Positions 48,338-64,000 of a stretch of 64,000 bases of DNA are shown piece by piece. This DNA is from the human T2T-CHM13v2.0 reference genome, Homo sapiens: NCBI RefSeq assembly GCF_009914755.1, contig NC_060932.1, one strand, 5' to 3'. The position numbers were made by a program, and so were the translations under genes. How positions within the stretch are numbered: position 1 is the first letter of the stretch; every line of letters begins with the position of its first letter. Below the pieces are notes generated by a model. The model did no database searches, had not been told where the DNA came from, and saw only the letters and a list, made by a program, of their open reading frames with translations.

Positions 48338-49393
48338 CAGAGGCTGACAACTACTTCTGAGGGCAGAATCTAGCCCACCATATGTTTTTGTAAATAAAAC
48401 TTTACTGGAGCACAGCCATACCCACTATGGCTGCTTTCATACTACAGAGGCAGAGTTGAGTAGTTGCCACAGATACTGTAGGGTCACAAAGCCAAAATTA
48501 TTTACAGGAGGTTCTCAAATAACATCATTTCATTTAATGTCATGTTTGTTGATGAGAAAAGAATTGATTCCCAGCCAGATCTAGACAAGGGGAGTTCGCA
48601 TGTTCTACCATTGTCTTCATGGGCTTTCTCTGGGCACTCTGGTTTCCTCCCACAACCCAAAGATGTGAACGTGAGATGGGTTGGCGTGTCTAAGTTATCC
48701 CAGTAGGCATGAGTGTGGGTGTGTGTGTGTGAGTGCCCCTACCATGGGATGGCATCCTGTCCAGGGTGGGTTTCTGCCTTGCTCGCTGAGCTGCTGGGAT
48801 AGGCTCCGGCCACTCTGACCCTGAATAAGTGGTTTAGAAAATGAATAAATAAATTAATTAATATAAATTATTTCAGAGTAAAAATGTCATAAAGTATATG
48901 GTAATCATACAAATGCATAACAATAAACGATGCAGCATGAAAGCACTCAGAGAGCCTGCTGTGTTGGTTTTTGTTTGTTTTTGAGTTGTGTGGTGGTAGG
49001 AGGTACTCCTTACAATTTTCGTTTTGCAAATATTTATTCTTTGATTTAACCCATGACTACTACAACTGCCATCACTCAATGATTCACCAAAAATTGGGTA
49101 AATAATTATCTCATTTGTTTTAATTAATCTTAAATGTATGTATAGCCCACATTTATTTCAATGTTTAATATTAGAAGTGTTTTGGGTTTTTATTTAGAAG
49201 TTTGGTGATGATTTTGTGACCAGAAATATGTAGGAGGAATTTAACTCTTGTTTAGATTAATTAGCCTATGGTAAGATTGGTTTCATTATATGTCGTTTCA
49301 CTTAAAGTTGCAGTTTCCAAGAACCTATTGAAAACGTTAAAGTGAGGACTTATGTATTATTTGACTCTTCAAAGAAAAAGTTTGGCCACCCTG
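48338..49393. mobile_element. MER58A interrupted by MER6
   Basis: TTTTTGTAAATAAAACTTTACTGGAGCACAGCCA..., resuming after 49356 with AGAAAAAGTTTGGCCACCCTG. Confidence 0.7.
48505..49354 (+). mobile_element. MER6 (Tc1/mariner-type, carries V-SINE-like core), flanked by TA
   Basis: TA|CAGGAGGTTCTCAAATAAC...CTCTGGTTTCCTCCCACA...AAGTGAGGACTTATG|TA. Confidence 0.8.
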
Positions 49394-50238
49394 ATCTAAA
49401 TTATTGTGTTGCTTTTCCCTTAATAAATGATGTTACTACTTTCCCAGAATTGTATGTAAAGAGTCCTTTCAGATGTTATAAATGAAGCAAGCCTGAATTA
49501 GTTAGATCCCACTGATTATTGGCTCAGACATTGATGTCTATGGAGTGAACAAGATCTTCAATTAGACACACTCATTTAACTCAAGTAAAGCAAACGGGGT
49601 CAGCCGTATTGAAGTGAGCCAGCTTTTCCAACCTGAGCTGAACCCGTGCCCCTGGACAGGCAGAGCTAAAGTTGTCTCATGTAAATGCAAATGCCTTCTT
49701 GTGTAAGCTATTCTGTAATGAATGATGCAGGGGAAATTAGTGTTTAGACAGCCTGGTACTGATAATTATGGATTACAAGAAAAAAATTAAACATAAAATG
49801 AGGAAAGTGGGCACGAGGAAATGGAGAAAGTACACACTCAGGACAGCTGGAGGAATTTAGTATCCTGGAACCTGACAGCCCAGAACAGTTCAGAGCAGAT
49901 CCAGCCAGGGCAGCATTCAAGCAAAGCTTTGAGACAATGCTGAGAGTTTAATCCGGGATAAATGTGGCTGACAAATCCAAAGGACAGGCATTGGGCTAAG
50001 AATAGCATATAAGCCAAGGGAAAGGAAACCCAGATTTGAAACCGAGCAAGAGGAAGGACGACAGCCAAGCTAGGAAATATGTAGAGGATTACACCACAGA
50101 GAAAGGGAAACTAGCTTGCCTTTAATGGCTTTTAAGTCAGTGTTTGAAGTTTGGGCAATTTGAAGCAGTTAGAAGAAACTGAAGCTGTTTAGCAGGGTCA
50201 TCCATTCAAAAAATACAATTTCAGGGTGCTTCTGAAGT

Positions 50239-50296
50239 TATATATATATACGTGTGTGTGTGTATATATATGTGTGTGTCTGTGTGTCTGTGTGTA

Positions 50297-50333
<37 letters not shown>

Positions 50334-50424
50334 GTGTATATATATATGTGTATATATATATGTGTATATATGTATGTGTATATATATGTGTGTATATATA
50401 TATGTGTATATATATGTGTGTGTG

Positions 50425-50480
<56 letters not shown>
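50239..50480. repeat. Compound (TA)n/(TG)n microsatellite
   Basis: ~240 bp of near-continuous purine/pyrimidine alternation. Confidence 0.97.
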
Positions 50481-50481
<1 letters not shown>

Positions 50482-52215
50482 TTTCCCCCTGAGTTTGAGG
50501 GCAAGACTTAAAGAACCACACAGAAAAAAATCTTTCTTCCTCAGAAATTCTGGGGTAGTTAGTCCCAGGAATTGGGGATTGGAAAAGCAGAATGAAATTT
50601 TCAAGGTAAAGCACTTTACTTACAGCAAAAGTTGTAAACTTGTTCCTGAACGGGCTTGACTTTAAGGAATGGAAAGAGATTCATACCCCAGGAAATCTCA
50701 AAAATGTTTTGCTTACATGGGGTCAGTATCGTCTCTGTAATCATATTATATACATGAAATCTGATTGGCTTTATATATTATCTATACCAAGAGTTTTTCA
50801 CTTCTGGGTAAAATGCTCCAAATGGGTGTTCCTCCCTTCCACCCCCTAAAAATAAAATAACTAGCCCAGTTACTATTGTTGCTTATCCAGTGTTAACTAG
50901 ATGTACAGAGCTATAAAAGGACAGGAATTCTCTCAAACAAGTAAACATGTTGTTTCCCGTGTCTCTAACTGGTATCCCTGTTGTGTCACGAATGGCATCA
51001 GCCTTAGGATGAAGATGACGTAGAAGATAACTAAGTGGTGGGGCTGGAAAAATCTTAGCTCTTGCTGGCCTCATGAAATCACTGGTGTACTCTATGCTGG
51101 ACCTCCAGTTATAGGAAAGATAACATTTCTATTTTGCTTAGATCATTTTGAGTTGGAGTTTCCATTACTTGCTGCCAAAATCATACTGATGCATACTGAT
51201 ATGGCCAGGTCCTCCTCCAGATGCTGAGGATACAATGGTAAATATGAAATAGACAAGGGTTAACTGGAACAGCAGCAAAGAAACCAGATAATTTTAGCAG
51301 AATAATTGATGATGGCTATTTGACCCCCAAATTGGTGCTACTGTTGACTGATTTCAATTTAAGGAAGGGAGTGAATCCTGGGGGTGCAATACCAAACTCA
51401 TTGTAGGAATTACAGTTTCTAAAAATTGAATGGTTATTTACATGCTTAACGTTGAGGAGACATTGGAAATAGGAGATGTTATGGGGGGCAGGGGAAGCAG
51501 GGATGCTTCCACTAGGAAACCTCCTTTAAAGGGTACTCAGAAAGAGTATCCAAGAATATGAAGGAAAATCAGGAGAATATGGAATCAAGGAAGCCAAGAG
51601 AAGAGTATTTAAAGGAAGCCATGGTCAACTGTGCAAAGCAGCTTAGGAGTTAGGAAAGATGCTGGCTGTAAACTGTTAGATTTAACCACAACAAGGTCAA
51701 TGTGAACCACGACAAAATAAGTTTCAGTGTGGAGAGAGTCGTGGGTGTTGGACGGGAGGGAATTGAACAAGGAAAGGAGGGAAAGGCAGTGGAGTCAGGG
51801 ATTATTTTTTCAAGCAGTTTAGCTGGAAAGGGGGATAGAAAAATATAGAAGATTGTGCATATTTGGGGAGGAGAGGGAGAATTTCAAAGTTCCACAGAAG
51901 ATTCTGTTTGGCCCTCCTGATTGAGAACCTCTTATAAAGAGGAATAATCAGTTACGTTTAGCCTTTATTACAGGCCCATACTATACAATAGGTATTCAGA
52001 AGGGGCCTGTTTTAAAAGGTCCACCCTGTGAGTCACATAATGAACAATGACAATTAGATGGGTAGGTTAGGATTTCCCAACAATATACTTGCTGTGTTGA
52101 GTTTGGCTATGAAGGGCTTTTAATTTCCTGTATAAGATTGTTATTTTAATTACCTTTCTCAGGGAGTTTTGCTTACTTACTCTATGGTTTTGAATGGTGT
52201 TCAAAACTTACTCGG

Positions 52216-52728
52216 TGCCGAGGCCAGCTCGGTCGGGGAGACCCTAATCCAGTGGCGCTAGAAGAATTAAAGGCACACACACAGAAATATAGAGGTGTGA
52301 AGTGGGAAATCAGGGGTCTCACAGCCTTCAGAGCTGAGATCCCAGAACAGAGATTTATCCATGTATTTATTAACAGCAAGCCAGTCATTAGCATTGTTTC
52401 TATAGATATTAAATTAACTAAAAGTATCCCTTATGGGAAAGGAAGGGATGGGCCGAATTAAAGGAATAGGTTGGGCTAGTTAACTGCAGCAGAAGCATGT
52501 CCTTAAGGCACAGATCACTCAGGCTATTGTTTGTGGCTTAAGAATGCCTTTAAGCGGTTTTTCACCCTGGGCGGGCCAGGTATTCCTTGCCCTCATTCCA
52601 GTAAACCCATAAGCTTCCACCATGGGCATTATGGCCATCATGAACATGTCACAGTGCTGCAGAGATTTTGTTTATGGCCAGTTTTGGGGCCAGTTTATGG
52701 CCAGATTCTGGGGGGGCTGTTCCCAACA
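52216..52728 (-). mobile_element. MER9 solo LTR (HERV-K9/HML-3)
   Basis: Minus strand starts TGTTGGGAACAGCCCCCCCAGAATCTGGCCATAAACTGGCCCCAAAACTGGCC and ends GAGCTGGCCTCGGCA. Imperfect 6-bp TSD ACTCGG/ATTTGG. Confidence 0.88.
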
Positions 52729-53047
52729 ATTTGGTAAGACTTTGTTTGTTTTTAATTGCACATTTGTTTTTAATTCACTTCATATATATTATGAAGTGAA
52801 GTGAATTGAAAATCACTCTGGTCCTACCACACAGAGAAAACCTCTCTACACATTTCAGCATGCTTCCTTTTAGTCTTTTTTGCTGCATGTGTATTTGTCA
52901 GCACCTTCCATGTGTTTACTACTTCCTTAGGCCTGGGCACCACTGGAAGCAGCCATGAAATGTGAAGCCTAGACCCCACTCTCCAAGAGCTGACAGTATA
53001 TTTGAAAGGAAAATCGTACAGAATGAGCTGCAAGAGGGAATCATGGC

Positions 53048-53282
53048 CAGGGCCAACATTAAGGGGAGGCAAGTGAGGCCGCATCATGCAAGGGCAGGAT
53101 CAAATTCTGGCTTTATTTTAAAATGTGATATTTTGTTCATCCTGAAATTTTTTTGTGCTAATTTGATTTTTAAAAAATATTCTATCAAAATATTATACAT
53201 CTTAATTGCTGAGTTGTTTAGGGCCCCTTAAATTTTGTGCCCAAAGAGAATGCCTCACTGGCCTCATCTTGGTAATCCCCTG
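53048..53282. mobile_element. MER96-like hAT-Tip100 element
   Basis: Inverted termini CAGGGCC...GAGGCAAGTGAGGC and GCCTCACTGGCCTCA...CCCCTG. Confidence 0.6.
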
Positions 53283-53524
53283 GCTGACAGCATGGGCCTT
53301 AGATTCAGACAGATGTAGGTTTGAATCCATCCCTCACGCTTACTGGAGATGTGACCTGAGCAAGTTACTTGCCCTCTGTAAGCTCAATATTTGTAAAGTG
53401 GAGCCAGTTAAATTAAGTAAGTTAATACAGCTAAAGTACTGATAAGCTTAAGGACGTAACAGATATTTAGTAAAAAGAATATTATTTCAAAACAAAATGA
53501 GTGATCTAAATATTCACTATAAAA

Positions 53525-53818
53525 TAGCACTGTTCAATAGAAATTGAATGTAAATCAAGTGATTTTAAAAGCAGCTATTTTTTTAAAAGGTGAGTGAAAT
53601 TTTAATATTTTAATGTTATTAAACTCAATATATCTAAAATATCATTTCAACATAAAAGCAATATAAAAATTATTAATGGGTTATTTTACATTTTTTAATA
53701 CTAAGTCTTAGAAATTAGGTATGTATTTTATACTTACAGCACACCTCGATTTTGACGAGCCAAATTTCAAGTGCTCAGTAGCCACATGTGTCTGGTGGCT
53801 GCCATATTGGATGGCACA
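53525..53818. mobile_element. MER33/MER3-type hAT element
   Basis: GCACTGTTCAATAGAAA...TTTCAAGTGCTCAGTAGCCACATGTG...ATATTGGA. Confidence 0.75.
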
Positions 53819-53998
53819 CATATAGACCTTCTTGGAAGATATTTGGAGACTAGAGTAGTTGAGACAGAAGTGTGGAAAAAGTAAGGCATTTTTAAACCTG
53901 GTTAATAAGGAAACTTTGGAAAGAGAACAACCTTCAGGTATGGGACAGTTTCTAATATCCTTTGAATAACTCTCTTTGAAATATGAAAGGGTACGATT

Positions 53999-54393
53999 GG
54001 TCAAAAGAAAACTTCAGCTGAATTAAATTTAACAGAGTTTAATTGAGCAAAGAACAATTCGCAGATGGGGCAGCCTCCCGAGCCAGAGTAGGCTCAGAGA
54101 CTCCAGTGCAGCCATGTGGTGAAAGATTTATGGACAGAAAAAGAAAAGGAACATGCAGAAAACGGATGTGAGGTACAGAAACAGCTAGATTGGTTACAGC
54201 TTGGTGTTTGCCTTAGTTAAACATGGTTTGAACAGTTGGCCACATTTGATTGGCCAAAACTTGGCTACTGTCACAAGAGTAGGCTACAGTCTGTTTATAC
54301 CTCTACTTGTTATGGTTAACGAGGTACAGAGAAACCTTTAGGCTGAACTTAAAATATGTAAGCAGGCAACTTTAGGCTAAACTTGATTTAACA
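53999..54393 (-). mobile_element. MER57-type ERV1 solo LTR
   Basis: Minus strand begins TGTTAAATCAAGTTTAGCCTAAAG. Confidence 0.78.
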
Positions 54394-55480
54394 GAATATT
54401 TGGGAATACAATTAGGAAAAAAATATTCAATGGGAAGAAAACATTACTCCCCCTTTAATTTCTACCAGTTTATCAAACGTTATTTGCTTCTGCACTATCC
54501 TTCATTCTCTTATTCTATTTCCTTTGGATTCTAAGAACATCTTAATGTTATTTCTGAGCACATTAGCCATGGATTTGAAATATTTTGAGTTTTAATTTAG
54601 TCTGTTCCCTGGGCCAAAAAATTGATGAGCATTTGAGAGCATAGCACCTAGATATTTCACAGATATTTTAAAGGCTTGAAAAATTCAAACTTGAAAAAAT
54701 AAAACTATAACTAAACTTAAAGTTGGCAAAGAATTATAATTCTAAAGTGACTTGCTTAGAGTCGAACTCTTACTGGGAAGGTGAGAGTCTGTCTGCTTAA
54801 TTCACTTTGTGTTAAGAAAACTAAAAAACCAACAACAAATTTCCCAAAGAATATGTACAACATCCTTGAGGATAGTGTAAAATCAAAAACATTTTTAAAG
54901 ATACTAACTCCAAGTACCTTTGCTTCCTGGCCTCCATCAGGAATCCTGGACTCCCAGTGGAATCTTCACCTTCTTTGCCACATACATGTCCCCTTATGTT
55001 AGCAATGATTGCAGACAGTGTACTACACTTGCAGCAAAATCCAGCCAGACCCATCAGCCCCAAGTTACTTTTCTAGCATGAAAGAAATTGCTGCTTTTTT
55101 GTGTGTGCTCATAGTTTATTTATAGCATTTAACATTTTACTTCAAGTCAAGACCTAATTTTAGAGTGCAAGAATTGACTCTTTTTGGAAATAGTAGGGAT
55201 GAAATTTCTTTAAGAAGTGCCTTCCTCATGATCTCTATATTTTTAAGGTAAATGCTGAGTCATTCATGATGCATTAAAAAAAAAATCTTTCTTTTTTTCA
55301 ACTCTCCTTCCTGGATTGGAAGTGAATGCCAAATCTCATGTAGAAATCATTTTCTGGAAGTTTTCCAGGTCTGAGAATATGGGGAAAAGGTCTTTTAAAA
55401 TTCTACGGCTTCACTGTTCTGTGTGTGTGCCTGTACCAGCAGTTTTGGTCTCACCTGAGAGTTTCTTAAGAAAGCAGAAT

Positions 55481-55928
55481 TTCCTGTCTAATTGTATCTT
55501 TATACATACTAACCAATCTCTCCCTGTTTCCCTCTCCCTTGCCCTCCCCAATCTCTGGTAACTGCTGTTCTAGGAAATCAATTTTTTTTGATTTCACATA
55601 TGAGTGAGAACATATTGTATTGTCTTTCTGTGTCTGGCTTATTTCACTTAACATTATGTCTTCCAGGTTTATCCACATTCTGGTGTCCTATTGCACAATA
55701 GGGTTACTATAATAACAATAATGTATTGAATATTTCAAAATAGCCAAAAGAAAGGATTTTGAATGTTCTAACTACAAAGAAATAATACATGTTTGAGTCT
55801 ATGGATATGTTAATTACCCCAATTTGGTCATTGCAGAATATATACATGTGTTGAAATATCACATTGTACCCCATACATATATACAATTATGTGTCAAAAC
55901 TTTAAAATTTAAGATAAAAAATTTTTTA
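55481..55928. mobile_element. Short L1MA 3' end with 5' inversion, inserted in a MER5A (~55400-56035)
   Basis: 55481-55677 antisense, 55678-55928 sense. TSD AAGAAAG(C/T)AGAAT at 55468 and 55929. Confidence 0.78.
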
Positions 55929-58464
55929 AAGAAAGTAGAATCCCAAGCTCCAACCAAACCTACCCAGATCAGAATCTGCATTTTAATAAATTTCATGAGA
56001 TGATTCTTACACATATTAAAGTTTGAGAACTGATCTATAGAGTACAAAGGCCTCCATAGTTTTGTTTAAATAATTATTGTTAAAACATCCACGATAAATA
56101 GTTCCATTACTATTACAGTTTTTCAAATTAAAATTTAAAAGTTTCCATACTTGACCATTTAACTAAGATTTCCATTATAATATCATGCTGCCATTCAAAA
56201 GAATCTTTGACCTGAATATTCCTTTACAAAAATGTTCTGGTGTAATTTACAAATATTCTTGTAATCTATACAGGTATTCACATTCATTCTTATACAAGCA
56301 CCCTTGGAATGAGATCCAGGCATGGGTATTTTTTAAAAGCTTCTCAGGGGAAGCTGGTATGCAGCTAGGACTGAGGGCTGCTGTTTAGTCTCCAGAATAT
56401 CTGATCCGCAGACCTCAAGCTAATAATTACAGCTCCGGTTCTTATAAGATGTATAATTCGCCCATGGGCTGATTCAGGTCAAGATTTATTTCCTGCCTTT
56501 TCTTGCTCTCCTTGGTTTTTTAGTTCTTAGCTATACCCTAAACAGTCATTCTTATAGCTCTGCCATGATTTCACTCATAAATCATTTCCTTTCACACTTC
56601 TGGTATCTTTCCAGCCTTTCAGAGTTTTTCTGGAATCCAGGAGCCTGAAAATAGTATCCCAGATGTGTCTACCTCCATTTTCCTCCCTTCTTTCTCTGTG
56701 ATATTCTTCAAAGACAGCCCAAAATAGCACTGGCCTCCTCTTGCTGGGACTTCAACATTCTCAGGCAGATTTGCATTTTTTAAATTAAAAAAAAATCCAG
56801 AGTAGCTTTACTAAATTCGATATCCAGCTATTCAGATCACTGATTCATATTTTACAAAGCCAGTGATTATATTTTAAAACTAGAGATGCTGGTAGGATGA
56901 TGGCCAAGCTCAGAATGCAGTGAGTTTCAGCCTACTTCTGCTCCCCACTCTCGATGAAATGGCTGGCAAGCAGCTCAAGGCTGATTTCTGTGCTGGACCA
57001 CAGAACAGATGACACTCCTATCCTGTTATGTTTGCTTTAGAAGCATTTTAAAATGCTCTTTGGATGAATAATATTAAAATCTCCCAAACCAAATGAAGGC
57101 ATTACATAAAACAAATAATAAATTAATACCATAAAGACATTTCTGGCCAATTACTTTCCCACATAGTAATTTTAAAAACATGCATATTTCACAACTAGGG
57201 AGCCAATTTGGATTTGAGAATGTAGCTGTTAGAATGACCTAGTTATTATATTTCTATGTGCTTTATTTGGGGACCGTTTTGATAAGCCCATAGGTAGTAA
57301 AAATACTTCTTTAAAAAGAAACAAAAACTGTTGTTTTCTATCTGCTGTCATGTGTCTAGAAAGCAAGAGTGCGGGATTCTGTTTTCTGTTTCAGGAACCA
57401 CCCAGGTCTTTTTGCCCTCTGGCTCAAGCGTCCCCTCCCTTTGGGTTCTGAGCTGACAGGTCTCTGCAGCCTATAACCTACTTTTCCACTTGATCAGTCT
57501 ACTAGTTTTATCTTTAGTAATTCACATCAGCATTGAGCCCTAAGACATGAAGTCCTGTCAAGCTGGCCCAATGAGAAAACCAATTTAAATATGTGAGAGA
57601 ACATTAAGTGACTGCCTTGGGTTTTGAGTCCACCATGAAGAGAACTGAAAGTACTCAATGTCTTGAGTTCATGCAACTTTCCCTACCAATATTTTGCCAG
57701 ACAAGGGACTTGAAATCAAGTAGGACATATTATGTGCCAGGAAATGTACTTTTCAGGAAAGTACTTTAAAGATAAAGATTAAAAGCACTTTATGGGGCCT
57801 TCATGGCAATATTATCATTCAAGGGCATCCTTAAAAGTTAAACTTTTACTAGAAAACTATATAAATAAAGATGGGATCATTAAATGTTTTAAAGTACAAA
57901 TTAACTAGCAAGATTTAAAAAATTTTTTAAATCGACCTAGGAATTCAGAAGTGGAACAGTAATCTACTTTAAATTGTTTTTTGGGGAAAAAAAAGTGTGA
58001 TGTTAATGAATAAACATGCATTTAAAAAAAAATTCCAAGTACTATTAAATAGGCTGTACATGAAATCATGAAAGCAATTCTAAAAGAGAAACATTCCAAA
58101 AAATCTACATGTTTTAATATATTGTTAAGTTTCCATTATATGGTTTACCTTCCCTGTGGATCAGCAATAGACAAGTTGAAATCCTGAGCTGACTTTCTCA
58201 TTCCCAACCCATATGCAGCCCACTTCCAGCTGTCTTTTCCATTTTACCTCCTGGTATGTGCCCTAGGGCCATAACCCGGCTTTAATGCCACCCAAGACAC
58301 GTCTACTGATTTAAACAACAACCATCAACACCAACAAACATAACACGTAACCCCAAGATGTTACCCTTATTTCCCTAGATCAGGGCAATCACAGGGAAAT
58401 ATAAAGGGCTTTGTTAACAACCATAGTGGTATTAGCTGCAGCCCCACTGACTTTCATTATTTTG

Positions 58465-58829
58465 AGTTTAGATCCCATCATTTGAATATGTCCTCTAAAT
58501 ACATGTGTTGAAAACTTAACCCCCAATGCAGCAGTGTTGGGAAGTAATTGGGTCTGTAGGGGCAGAGGACTCATGAATAGATCAAGTTGGTACTGGAGGT
58601 GGCTAGGTATTGCAAGAGTGGATTGTTATGCAAGGGAGTCCACCCTTCATGCTCTTTCTGTCTTGCATGCTCACTTCTGCCCTTCCACATGGGATGAACC
58701 TTGCCAGATGCTGGTGCCATGCTTTTAGACTTCCCATTCTTCAGAACTGTGAGCCACATTCATGTATTTTCTTTATAATTACCCAGTCTGTGGTATTTGG
58801 CTATAGCAACACAAAATAAGACCAAGACA
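58465..58829 (+). mobile_element. MST-type MaLR LTR
   Basis: CATGTGTTGAAAACTTAACCCCCAATGCAGCAGTGTTGGGA...TTTATAATTACCCAGTCTGTGGTAT...AAGACA. Confidence 0.78.
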
Positions 58830-61120
58830 TTTCTCCTGCACCACTCAGCCTGCCTCACTCAATGCTCAGTATAATGCTCAAGTATAAGCTTTCTTAAGAT
58901 ATGAAGTTCAAGTGTTAAATAATGTCAGATACCTCACTTAACACACAGTAATATACATTTTATGAGTATCATTATTTAATCATTTATTCACATATTCCAA
59001 CAGACCACAGGTATAGCTATTGATTTTCTTCTTCAGTCCCAGCGTTCAGTAAATTTATTCATTTGATAAATACTCAGCTAGTCCCAGGCACCTTGGTAAG
59101 ACAAATATTTACTCTGGTGACTCTGCCAATGATCAAAATATTTTCAGAACTTTTTTTTATTTGTTTTTTGGGGTCAGAAGTGTGTCAATTATATAACACC
59201 TTACATTCATGGAGCCAGTGCACAAACATTGTCACATTGTCTAATCTAGTCCTTATACTAATCAGGGGATTATCACAATTCATATACCAGGAGCACACTG
59301 CTAACTGTATCCCGCTCAATATATACTTGAAAGAATGACTTCTAAACACATTTGACAGCCGAAAATGGAGACTGGAGGGAAGTGAGTGACTCTGTTCACA
59401 AAGTCAACATCCAAGATGTAAGAACACAAACTTTCAACTTCTGACCCACAATTATTTTTTTCTTCAATACACCAGTATCTTCAACAGTGACAAATCGTTA
59501 CCTTGAGGGAAGACTTGATATGTGAAAAACTCTCAAAATTCATCAAGAGTTAATTATAAGTATGGTGGGGAACCAAACTCGAAAATAGCAGGAAGATTGT
59601 ATTGTTTTGTTTTGTTTTGTTATGTTTTTAATAAAATTGAGGCATTGATACTCAGGTAACAAACGAGCCATATTTTCTTGAGTGGCTTATGAAGTGGCTC
59701 TGTAGACAGTTCTGGGAAACTAGTTCTAAATATTTGTGTGCAGTGTCAGCTTCTCTAAAAGAAGCATGCAGGACTGTTTTAGAGGAGCAGGATGTTCTGT
59801 CAGAATGGCAAAGGGATCACAGTGAGTTTCATGAGTCTTGGTCTGTGGTCCAGGCTTGATCCTTCAAAAAGCATACACAGGACTCTTTGCATTTGTTGTT
59901 TACTTTAAAAAACATTAAGTAGAGCATGGGACCTGAGGTTTAACAACTATACAAACAAATATATATTTTTAAAACATTAAGCAAACCAATACAACTTATA
60001 ATCAAACAAATCCAGACTCAATCCAGAACAAGGAATAAGAGTTGCATTATTCACCTAGAAACTCTGCCCCGGCCTTCCCTTTCACTGGATTGTAACGGAA
60101 GCAAGGAATGAGGCAGCTTAGTCTAGCCAGAGGTAATGCCACATAGAAGCCTGTCTAGTTTCTTTAAAGACCTTAAAGAAAATGGAATAAGCAACTGGGG
60201 CAAAAAGCACTGGTTGTGGTTTCCAGATAAGGGCTGCAGCCCTCTATCCTATCTGTGATGAGGCCAAGGAGAGAATGGTGCATACATTAAAACCCAGAGG
60301 TATCTGAGCTTTGATATCCTTGTGGAGCTGGCTGATCAGACTGAGCCATTTCACCCTCAGGGGTAAACACAATATGCAGATCGTATTTCCAGAGCATAGG
60401 AATGTTCAAATTCATAGACTTTTCTTTCTTAATTCTAACTTTTATGTTCATGGCTAAAATCTGACATACTCTCAAGGTTTTTACATCCCATAACTATCAA
60501 ATAACACGAGCAATCTATGAACTGGCCATTTTACAGGGGGAAGGAAATCGCTTCTGGAAATATAAAAAATAATCTTTGACTCTTGGCATGTTAGTGTTCA
60601 TTTGTTTTTTTCCTCAGGTCCTGTATTGGGAAGCTCTGTAACAGTGAACTTTCACATAACGATGGGGTTGTTAGAGGTTACACAGAGATAGTCGAGTGGC
60701 AGATAAATCACTGGGCCAGATTTTATCATCTCTGATCTGAGAAACTCAGAGAAGGAACAAGCATTTCTCAATATCAAGGCTGATACTGAAGAAAACGGAA
60801 GGATAACACAAAGCTAGATAAATACACAATAATAGTTATCATCTGGCAAAGCAGACTTTGTAGAGCCATGACCATGAAAACAAAGCAGCTCTTGAAAGTT
60901 AGGCTAAAGATAGATTAACACAGATCAAAGTAGGCTTAATTAAGAGCACTACCATGAAGAGTTAATTTGAGGACTAATTGAAAACTAGAGATGTTGAAGA
61001 GCCCAGATTAGCTCTATGAAAATCAGAGAAGACAACATAAGTTTCTTTTTTTTTTTTTTTTTACCTTGAAGTTAGTTTTTTATTTACAGAATACACCCTT
61101 ATCCAAAATGTATCAACATG

Positions 61121-61439
61121 AGGCAGAGTGCTGTGGCTCACGCCTGTAATCTGAGCACTTTGGGAGGCCGAGGAGGGCTGGTCATTTGAGCCCAGGTCAT
61201 TTGAGCCCAGGAGTTCAAGACAAGCCTGGGCAACGTGGCGAAACCCTGTCTCTACCAAAAACACAAAAAATTAGCTGGACATGGTGGCTCGTGCCTGTAG
61301 TCCTGTAGTCTCAGCTACTCGGGGAGCTGAAGTGGGAGGATTGCTCGAACCTGGGAAGTCAAGGCTGTAGTGAGCCATGATCACACCACCACACTCCATC
61401 CCGAGTGACAGTGCAAGATCCTGTCTCAGGAAAAAAAAA
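61121..61439 (+). mobile_element. AluJ with two small internal duplications
   Basis: Alu body with GGTCATTTGAGCCCA twice and CCTGTAGT twice. Confidence 0.88.
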
Positions 61440-61720
61440 TAGTATCATCATGCATGGTAAATGGAAACTTACAAATATTACCTAGTTAGGTTGGTCAGGA
61501 TGTCTAAACTATCTTTGCAAATGATAATTGCTAACATTATTGAGTACTGTGATGTGCCACATGGATATATTTTCATCTCGTATAATACTCATAAAAGCTC
61601 AATGTGGTTTTAGTTACTCTTATTATTCCCATTTTAAACATGTGAAAACTGAGGCTCAGAAAGCTTAAGTAACTTCCCCAGTGTTCTAGTTATCCATTGC
61701 TACAAAACAAATCGGACAAA

Positions 61721-64000
<2,280 letters not shown>

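Noticed and set aside
50198-50659. ORFs rich in YI/HT/CV dipeptides
   Set aside because: Translation of a (TA)n/(TG)n microsatellite.

Overview
Primate, almost certainly human, genomic DNA. It shows the edge of the ~12.2-kb REXO1L1 (GOR) macrosatellite gene array, which I recognise from prior knowledge as 8q21.2, plus ~41 kb of single-copy, transposon-rich flank with no recognisable gene. Bases 1-12189 are one full repeat unit; base 1 recurs at 12190. Bases 12190-~23113 are the terminal unit. Each unit has an intronless minus-strand REXO1-derived DEDDh exonuclease ORF with a TATA box, a 5'-truncated L1PA with TSD, Alus, MIRs and an HSMAR2 mariner remnant. The internal copy is 675 aa with three in-frame 138-bp N-terminal repeats. 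The terminal copy is 583 aa with one repeat, a strongly diverged promoter/HSMAR2 region, and an end at an HSMAR2-Alu junction. The array itself is known, and I found no new protein-coding system. The most interesting signals are the stepwise homogenisation at the array edge, AT-to-GC/CpG gain in array transposons, 5'UTR recruited into coding repeats, DUX-like promoter motifs and a template-switch palindrome present in both units. Repeat subfamily names come from recalled consensus sequences, and difference counts were made by eye.
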